Of a DNA stretch of 13,665 nt, positions 8,299-13,665 are shown piece by piece. Within the stretch, counting starts at the first letter, position 1. Every line of letters begins with the position of its first letter. The DNA is from an uncultured bacterium. GTDB lineage: Bacteria; Macinerneyibacteriota; Macinerneyibacteria; Macinerneyibacteriales; DSCS01. The notes below the pieces were generated by a model. It was given only the letters and a program-made list of their open reading frames with translations, was not told where the DNA came from and made no database searches. The stretch lies in contig CAZJQC010000032.1 in NCBI GenBank assembly GCA_964548195.1, forward strand, positions 1 to 13,665, given 5' to 3'. The translations under genes and the position numbers were made by a program.

Positions 8299-9025
8299 GG
8301 AATACCTCAAATATGTGAGACAGGAGGTCTTCCCCTCCACTTTCTGCCCCGGATGCGGACACGGCATATTGCTGAACGCCTTCGTCACCGCATTGGGCGA
8401 ACTGGATTACGACAGGGATAAACTCGTGCTTGTCTCGGGCATAGGCTGCGGAGGATGGATAGCCTCACCGCATATGAACACAGACACACTGCACACCACA
8501 CACGGAAGGGCGATCGCTTACGCGATCGGAGTCAAGATGGCTAACCCGAAACTCAAAGTCGTGGTGATCAGCGGCGACGGCGACCTTACGACTATAGGCG
8601 GCAATCACCTCATACACGCAGCCCGGAGACAGCTGCCCATAACCGTCATATGCGGCAATAACAATATTTACGGGATGACGGGCGGACAGGCTTCCGCGAC
8701 GACACCCGTCGGGGCAAAGACCATGACCACGCCGCAGGGAAACGACTACCGCCCCTTTGACCTTGTGAAACTTGTCAAGGGCGCGGGCGCGGAACATGTG
8801 TACCGCTATACCGTCTATCACGCGCTTCAGCTGAAAAACGCCATAAAAACGGAACTGCAGCGTGATGAGTTCTCCTTTTTCGACGTGATGACAGGCTGCC
8901 CCGTGCAGTACGGCAAAAGAAACGACCTCAGGGACCCGGCCAAAATGATTAACTGGATGAAAGACAACAGCGAGATGTATAAAGGCGAATATAACGACGA
9001 CAAGCTCATGGTCGGTAAATTCTGA
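8291..9025 (+). CDS. korB: 2-oxoacid:ferredoxin oxidoreductase beta subunit (TPP-binding, KorB-like)
   Basis: FCPGCGHG, SGIGC, LHTTHGRA, TPP motif GDGD...IGGNH...NN.IYGMTGGQ, and third Cys in GCP. Confidence 0.93.
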   Translation: MNKEYLKYVRQEVFPSTFCPGCGHGILLNAFVTALGELDYDRDKLVLVSGIGCGGWIASPHMNTDTLHTTHGRAIAYAIGVKMANPKLKVVVISGDGDLTTIGGNHLIHAARRQLPITVICGNNNIYGMTGGQASATTPVGAKTMTTPQGNDYRPFDLVKLVKGAGAEHVYRYTVYHALQLKNAIKTELQRDEFSFFDVMTGCPVQYGKRNDLRDPAKMINWMKDNSEMYKGEYNDDKLMVGKF

Positions 9026-9042
9026 AAGGAAAGGAGACTGCA

Positions 9043-9570
9043 ATGAAAGAGATAATGTTTGCCGGTATCGGGGGACAAGGGGTCATACTTTCCGCTAATA
9101 TTGTGGCCAGAGCCGCGGTAAAAAAGGGTTATTACGCGGCACAGTCTCAGGCCTACGGGTCGGAATCACGGGGCACGTCGACACGCGCCGAAGTGGTCGT
9201 CTCCGACGGGTTCGTGGAATTTCCGCATGTGGAACACGCGGATATCTTTGTGTCCATGGCTGAGATAGGGATCAGCATGTTCGCTTCAAAGGCCGCGTCC
9301 GACGGATTGATCATCACGGATTCCTCCGTCTTCGAGATGAAAGAAAAGATCGGCGGAAAACAGATAGAAATACCGGCAACTCGCATGTCCATCGAAGCCT
9401 TCGGGAAACCACTGTTCGCTAACATCATTGTGCTTGGCCTGCTTACGGCCAATTGCGATTTTCTCGATATCGGGACTGTGGAAGATATACTCAGGGAGAC
9501 AGTGCCTCCGAAAGCATTGGAACAAAACCTTAAAGCCCTGCGCGCGGGCTACGCATATAAAATATCCTGA
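9043..9570 (+). CDS. korC: 2-oxoacid:ferredoxin oxidoreductase gamma subunit (KorC-like)
   Basis: FAGIGGQGVIL, YGSESRG, N.IVLG, N.KAL..G; SD AAGGAG. Confidence 0.93.
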   Translation: MKEIMFAGIGGQGVILSANIVARAAVKKGYYAAQSQAYGSESRGTSTRAEVVVSDGFVEFPHVEHADIFVSMAEIGISMFASKAASDGLIITDSSVFEMKEKIGGKQIEIPATRMSIEAFGKPLFANIIVLGLLTANCDFLDIGTVEDILRETVPPKALEQNLKALRAGYAYKIS

Positions 9571-9604
9571 AAAAAGAAAGCCCGGCCTTCAGGCCGGGCT
9601 CTTT
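9570..9604. terminator. Intrinsic terminator, probably bidirectional
   Basis: AGCCCGGCC-TTCA-GGCCGGGCT (9579-9600), followed by CTTT and preceded by an A-rich tract. Confidence 0.8.
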
Positions 9605-9627
9605 AACGCTCCGGCTTTTCCCGAATG

Positions 9628-9727
9628 AAAAAAAGACAGACGCCTTCCGTCGGGACAGCGCACACAAGGAGGTGTTGAGAAGAAAAGACCTTAACGGCTT
9701 TCCATCGCGCGCCGGAACAAAACCTCT
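9628..9727 (-). ncRNA. Candidate ~100-nt small RNA with CU-rich anti-SD segment (CACCUCCUU)
   Basis: Minus-strand promoter at 9761-9734. Terminal hairpin GACGGA-AGGCG-TCTGTC (9651-9635) followed by U7 (9634-9628). No SD-led ORF inside. Confidence 0.55.
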
Positions 9728-9733
9728 TGTCTA

Positions 9734-9761
9734 ATAATACCATGCGTTTGGCAAAAAACAA
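9734..9761 (-). promoter_or_regulatory. Sigma70-like extended -10 promoter (TTGTTT-N16-TATTAT, TGn)
   Basis: Minus strand: TTGTTT (9761-9756), spacer ending TGg, TATTAT (9739-9734). Confidence 0.6.
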
Positions 9762-9965
9762 GGCGGATGTTTGATATTTTACTTTTGAGTGTTGAGGGTG
9801 TATGCGGGCATGCGGCCTTTTCACATAGGCCGGCGCAAACTGTTTGTTTCGTCCTTTTTTTATCAGCGAGAGGCTCAAATCGGGATCGTCTGCCCGGGCG
9901 ATGAGGCCGTCGGATATTATCTGCCCGTTTACACGGAAGGACAATGTATGCATATTATTACAGTC

Positions 9966-9993
9966 TTGAAATTTTACGCCGGCACGGTATTAT
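9966..9993 (+). promoter_or_regulatory. Distal promoter candidate for the radical SAM operon (TTGAAA-N16-TATTAT)
   Basis: TTGAAA 9966-9971 and TATTAT 9988-9993. Confidence 0.5.
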
Positions 9994-10016
9994 CGTCTGC
10001 GGGGTGAATATGGCTT

Positions 10017-10044
10017 TTGCATTAAGTAAAAACATAGACATATT
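10017..10044 (+). promoter_or_regulatory. Proximal promoter candidate (TTGCAT-N16-CATATT)
   Basis: TTGCAT 10017-10022 and CATATT 10039-10044; ATG 10052 follows after 7 nt. Confidence 0.45.
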
Positions 10045-10051
10045 GAAAAAA

Positions 10052-10975
10052 ATGGAAAAAGAGCTTTATGCTGGGCTCGGCGCCTGCATGTTGTGTCCCC
10101 GGCGATGCGGGGCGGACAGGACAGCGGGGCCCGGATCCTGCGGAGCCGACGACAGCCTCAGGGTGGCGCTGTACAGCCCCTTTATGTTTGAGGAGCCGCC
10201 GATAAGCGGCACGCGCGGGGCGGGCAATGTCTTCTTCTCAAACTGCAACCTGAGATGCGTCTATTGCCAGAACTATGAGATATCGCAGGAGGGCAAAGGC
10301 GTCCCGGTCACGGCGGAGGAACTGGCGGACATGTTCATCGAGCTGGAAGGACGCGGATGCCATAACATAAACCTGGTATCGCCCACGCCGTATCTGCCGT
10401 TTATCGTGACGGCTCTGATACAGGCGTTCGAACGCGGCTTTGAACTGCCGGTGGTATATAACACAAACGGATATGAACTGCCCGCCACGCTCGATATCAT
10501 CGCGCTGTTTGCGGATATTTTTCTGCCTGACGTGAAATACGCGTCGCGCGATATCGCCGCCCGGCTTTCAGGGGCTCCGGATTATCCGGAACATGCGTTC
10601 GGCGCCGTGATGAAGATGGTCGAAGCGGCGGGCCATCTTGAGACCGATGAAAAGGGAATAGCCGTCTCCGGCGTCATCGTGAGGCATCTGGTGCTGCCGG
10701 GCTTCACGGATGAAAGCAAGCGCGTGCTGAGAGAGTTGCGGCGATACGCCGGCAGGTACGTCTATCTTGGACTGATGTCGCAATACACCCCCGTTTATAA
10801 AGCCCTGCGCATGCCCCCGCTCGACAGGACTCTCACCGCCGCTGAATATGAAGACGTGTCGGAAGAGATGTCGAGATGCGGATTTATTAACGGCTGGGTG
10901 CAGGAAACGGATTCCGCCGATCCGGGCTACATACCCGAATTTTTTTCAGATAAGATGCAACTGTTTGGAAAATAA
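10052..10975 (+). CDS. pflX: Radical SAM protein, PflX-like (uncharacterised Fe-S protein related to activating enzymes)
   Basis: N-terminal CMLCPRRC.ADR...G.CG, FEEPPISG..G.G.VFFS.CNLRCVYCQN (CxxxCxxC), YNTNGYE, LPDVKY, RHLVLPG and MSQYTP. Start 10052 preferred; 10010 possible; 9944 unlikely. Confidence 0.88.
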   Translation: MEKELYAGLGACMLCPRRCGADRTAGPGSCGADDSLRVALYSPFMFEEPPISGTRGAGNVFFSNCNLRCVYCQNYEISQEGKGVPVTAEELADMFIELEGRGCHNINLVSPTPYLPFIVTALIQAFERGFELPVVYNTNGYELPATLDIIALFADIFLPDVKYASRDIAARLSGAPDYPEHAFGAVMKMVEAAGHLETDEKGIAVSGVIVRHLVLPGFTDESKRVLRELRRYAGRYVYLGLMSQYTPVYKALRMPPLDRTLTAAEYEDVSEEMSRCGFINGWVQETDSADPGYIPEFFSDKMQLFGK

Positions 10976-10989
10976 ACGTATATATAGGA

Positions 10990-11517
10990 GTGCGGGTGCT
11001 AAACATAGAAGAGATATACGCTACATATTTCGATCTGATATTCTCATATGTGCTGAGGCGCGTTAATAATGTGGAGAAAGCCGAGGATATCACCAGCGTG
11101 GTGTTTATGAAGGTGTTGCGCAGTCTCGACAGTTACGACCCGGGCAAGGCGAGCCTCAAGACATGGCTGTACGCGATCACGGGAAACGAAGTGATCAATT
11201 TTTACAGGAAAAACAGGATACTCCTGGAGCTTGAAAAATTTGAAAGCGTGCTGAAATCCGAGGATGTGCTCGCGGAGATACAGGCCAAACAGGATGAGTA
11301 TGACAGGAAAAAGTCGCTGGCCGGTGTCATGGAGACCATGGACAGACGCCTTTCATTTGAAGAAAAAGACATACTGATGGCGATATATTTTGACGATCTG
11401 AGCTACAGGGAACTTGCCGAAATAAAGGGCGTGAAAGAGCCTACGCTCAGGTCAAAGGTGCACAGATCGCTGAAAAAGATACAAAAATACGTGCAATTCG
11501 AGGAGGAAAAGTTATGA
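10990..11517 (+). CDS. ECF (sigma70 group 4) RNA polymerase sigma factor
   Basis: Region 2 AEDITS.VFMK...TWLYAI..N and region 4 LSYRELAEI.G...TLRSKVHRS; GTG start with an AGGA-like SD just upstream. Confidence 0.92.
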   Translation: MRVLNIEEIYATYFDLIFSYVLRRVNNVEKAEDITSVVFMKVLRSLDSYDPGKASLKTWLYAITGNEVINFYRKNRILLELEKFESVLKSEDVLAEIQAKQDEYDRKKSLAGVMETMDRRLSFEEKDILMAIYFDDLSYRELAEIKGVKEPTLRSKVHRSLKKIQKYVQFEEEKL

Positions 11518-11930
11518 GTCTTTCGGATCTTGATATCCGTGTAGAGGTCCCGGAGTTTAAAAAAAGACTCCTTCAATGTCTAAAAAGTGAAGTGCCTTAT
11601 ATACAGAATAGGCGTAGAACCCGCGCATACAGATGGGCCGCCGCTGCCGCCATGTTGCTGTTAGTCCTCGGACTGGGCTATTTCAGATCGACCTTCCATA
11701 CGCCTGCAACAGATCTGATATCCGTTAAGATACAAAAAACGTACGGATTCGGCCACATGGATAATGCGGGAGCGACGGCATCGTCTGCTCCGGAGGCAAA
11801 CAACCCCGACAGGGTGCCTCTGGATGTAAAAAAAGCCATGATAAAAAAGGCGATTTTGAAGTTAGATGATATAATTGTTCCTGACGAGGGCAGCGTGGTT
11901 TCCGAAAATACCTATGCGGTGGCATATTAA
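11514..11930 (+). CDS. Putative single-pass membrane anti-sigma factor
   Basis: ATGA overlap with the ECF gene; short cytoplasmic N-terminus, basic RRRTR, TM helix WAAAAAMLLLVLGLGYF, ~80-aa extracytoplasmic tail. Function inferred from position. Confidence 0.7.
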   Translation: MSLSDLDIRVEVPEFKKRLLQCLKSEVPYIQNRRRTRAYRWAAAAAMLLLVLGLGYFRSTFHTPATDLISVKIQKTYGFGHMDNAGATASSAPEANNPDRVPLDVKKAMIKKAILKLDDIIVPDEGSVVSENTYAVAY

Positions 11931-11940
11931 GGAGTTGAGA

Positions 11941-12645
11941 ATGCGTTTTAAGATTGTCTCACTGATCGTCCTGGCTTCCATGTTCCTCAGCGTCCCGGTA
12001 TCGGGAACAGCCGGGGAAGAAGATGCGCAAGTGCCGTTTCTCGGTGTTAAGATAGATGACGCCGAGTCGGGCGGAGCCAAAGTGACCGACATACAGCCGG
12101 GCAGCCCGGCCGAAAAGGCGGGCATAGCCATAGGCGATGTCCTGACCCGGTGGGGCGGACGCGATATGGATGATTCGTCGGATTTCATGCTTAACCTTTA
12201 TTCTCAAAAACCCGGCGAGACCGTCACTGTCACCATCGTCACAAACGGAACGGCCCGGAATATACAAGCCACACTGGGCACCAGCGACGATGAATACGCC
12301 GACGTCTATAACAACATACCGCTTATCGTCGAACTCTTCCGCATAGAGATGATGGGATACGCGGTGGATGAACTGGGCATCATCACGGGAAACCTGGCCC
12401 AGCCCCTGCTCGAATATTTCGAGGTGGAACAGGGAGTGCTTGTGCAGTATGTGGAGGAAGGCAGCAACGGAGCGAAAAAAGGATTTTTGCCGGGCGACGT
12501 CATATACGAGATAAACGGGACACCCGTCCCCCATACGATGCAGTTCAGGACGGAAGTGGATAAATCAAAAAAGCTCATCTTTAAACTGAAACGAAAAGGC
12601 AAAGACATTACCATAGATATGCGTAAAAAGGAGTCCAAAAGTTGA
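11941..12645 (+). CDS. Secreted tandem-PDZ domain protein (no protease domain)
   Basis: SD AAGGAG (11929-11934), ATG 11941, signal peptide MRFKIVSLIVLASMFLSVPVSG. PDZ1: PFLGV..GSPAEKAGI..GDVL. PDZ2: LGI..GVLVQYVEEGS..GFLPGDVIYEING. Confidence 0.88.
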   Translation: MRFKIVSLIVLASMFLSVPVSGTAGEEDAQVPFLGVKIDDAESGGAKVTDIQPGSPAEKAGIAIGDVLTRWGGRDMDDSSDFMLNLYSQKPGETVTVTIVTNGTARNIQATLGTSDDEYADVYNNIPLIVELFRIEMMGYAVDELGIITGNLAQPLLEYFEVEQGVLVQYVEEGSNGAKKGFLPGDVIYEINGTPVPHTMQFRTEVDKSKKLIFKLKRKGKDITIDMRKKESKS

Positions 12646-13007
12646 AGAATATCACGGTGACCAAACGATTTACATTCGATGCGGCTCATAATCTCGAGGC
12701 GTATCACGGAAAATGCGAACGGTTGCACGGCCACACATATACATTGGAAGTCAGCGTCAAAGGCCTGCCGGATAAAGAAGGCATGGTAATCGATTTCTGC
12801 GAACTGAAACGCATAGTAAAAGAAAATATTATAGACGTACTTGACCATGTTTACATAAATGAGGTGGTTGATTTCAACCCCTCGTCTGAAAACCTGCTGT
12901 ACTGGATGGCAGAAATACTGGAACCTTTACTTTCCGACGAGCGCTACTCGCTGCATTCGATAGCGCTCTGGGAAACACCCGACAACAAGGCACAGATCTG
13001 TATCTAA
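12642..13007 (+). CDS. queD: 6-carboxy-5,6,7,8-tetrahydropterin synthase (QueD/PTPS family)
   Basis: FDAAH.L..Y.GKCERLHGHTY, GMVIDF, LDH, NPSSENL and LWET; TTG start overlaps the PDZ gene stop; SD AAGGAG. Confidence 0.93.
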   Translation: MKNITVTKRFTFDAAHNLEAYHGKCERLHGHTYTLEVSVKGLPDKEGMVIDFCELKRIVKENIIDVLDHVYINEVVDFNPSSENLLYWMAEILEPLLSDERYSLHSIALWETPDNKAQICI

Positions 13008-13048
13008 CCTTACTCCTTGAGACATAATCATTCTACAGTCGGGTGATT

Positions 13049-13084
13049 AAAAAAACGCGGGGGCGCCACCTAACCCCGCGTTTT
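13049..13084. terminator. Hairpin, terminator-like on both strands (stronger U-tract on minus)
   Basis: AAAACGCGGGG (13052-13062) pairs with CCCCGCGTTTT (13074-13084); A7 at 13049-13055. Confidence 0.65.
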
Positions 13085-13088
13085 ATCC

Positions 13089-13122
13089 GGAGGGCTTCCG
13101 GGGGGGAGCCCTCCCCTTTTTT
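13089..13122 (+). terminator. Intrinsic terminator downstream of queD
   Basis: GGAGGGCTTCC-GGGG-GGGAGCCCTCC, then CC and T6 (13117-13122). Confidence 0.7.
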
Positions 13123-13432
13123 ATCGTTTTTTCAAGATTTCAACCGAATCCCTGATCCCATAACGTATCGCTTCTTTGATTGAAGCCACGGATTTGTTTT
13201 ATCCCTGAATTTTTTTGGAAAGCCGGTATGCGATATCAAACATAAAATTTTGTGGCCCCGGTCTTTTATAATAAAAAAACACGGATCAGATCTTTTGCGC
13301 GCAAATAAACATAATCTTTATTGGCAAGCAGCCTGATTTTTCACAAAGACAATTCGCTAAAGTCTGCGTCCCTCTCTGATTGTCCATGTCTCTCTACAGC
13401 GTCTCCCGGAAGGGATCTTGCGATTATATGGT

Positions 13433-13461
13433 TTGATTATCATCGTGATATAATATAAAAT
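13433..13461 (+). promoter_or_regulatory. Sigma70-like promoter region for the downstream gene
   Basis: Extended -10 TGaTATAAT (13446-13454); overlapping alternative TTGATT (13433-13438)-N17-TAAAAT (13456-13461). Confidence 0.55.
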
Positions 13462-13614
13462 AAAAGTGGGCCTGCCTCTTTTAATGATGAGACTCCTGTC
13501 TTTCACCATGTGCCGGGCAGGTGGTTTTTTCAACAAAGAGTCTTTCATGAGGCCGGACCCAAGATGCCGGTTGCGGGATGCGTTTTTGAAAATGAGCCAT
13601 GACGGGAGGCAATA

Positions 13615-13665
13615 ATGAAAAAACGGTTGAAACATCTTCTGGTGCGCCACCGGACGCTTGCCAGG
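13615..13665 (+). CDS. 5' end of a gene truncated by the window edge (MKKRLKHLLVRHRTLAR...)
   Basis: SD GGGAGG (13604-13609), ATG 13615, open for 17 codons to the edge. Confidence 0.6.
   Translation, partial: MKKRLKHLLVRHRTLAR

Noticed and set aside
9666..9734. + strand AAGGAGGTG followed by a 19-aa TTG ORF (MRRKDLNGFPSRAGTKPLV) as a type I toxin
   Set aside because: The SD abuts the start codon, the peptide is not hydrophobic, and it lies just after a terminator with no evident + promoter.
9603..10007. ORFs 9603-9953(-) and 9789-10007(+)
   Set aside because: No clear SD or domain similarity; they run across promoter and terminator signals better explained as non-coding.
13008..13125. preQ1 riboswitch associated with queD
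   Set aside because: queD is translationally coupled with no leader; these hairpins are downstream and lack the preQ1 consensus.
13357..13650. 97-aa minus-strand ORF
   Set aside because: Crosses an AT-rich promoter and the SD/start of a + strand gene; no motif support.
1..13665. CRISPR array, IS/transposase, integrase, tRNA/rRNA, selenocysteine or pyrrolysine readthrough
   Set aside because: No regularly spaced repeats, mobile-element genes or RNA-gene signatures were seen, and the proteins appear complete at their stops.

Overview
Chromosomal bacterial DNA, most likely from an anaerobe (inferred from the ferredoxin-dependent enzymes). Nearly all credible genes are on the + strand, in three blocks. 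(1) A secreted protein with an Ig-like domain and a probable beta-propeller (208-1623). (2) A tightly coupled metabolic operon (1823-9570): NfnA/NfnB-like electron-bifurcating transhydrogenase, sodium:solute symporter, family III CoA-transferase, and a four-subunit 2-oxoacid:ferredoxin oxidoreductase (delta-alpha-beta-gamma). An unannotated 42-aa Cys-Cys ORF lies between alpha and beta, and a hairpin terminator closes the operon. (3) PflX-like radical SAM protein, ECF sigma factor, single-pass anti-sigma, secreted tandem-PDZ protein and queD. The non-coding signals are the most interesting part: a candidate ~100-nt minus-strand sRNA with an anti-Shine-Dalgarno motif (9628-9727), six sigma70-like promoter candidates that all have a 16-nt spacer, up to three apparently leaderless starts, and a G9 tract in the signal-peptide region of the surface protein. 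I saw no mobile element, CRISPR array, tRNA or rRNA. All family calls come from motif recognition by eye; no searches were run.
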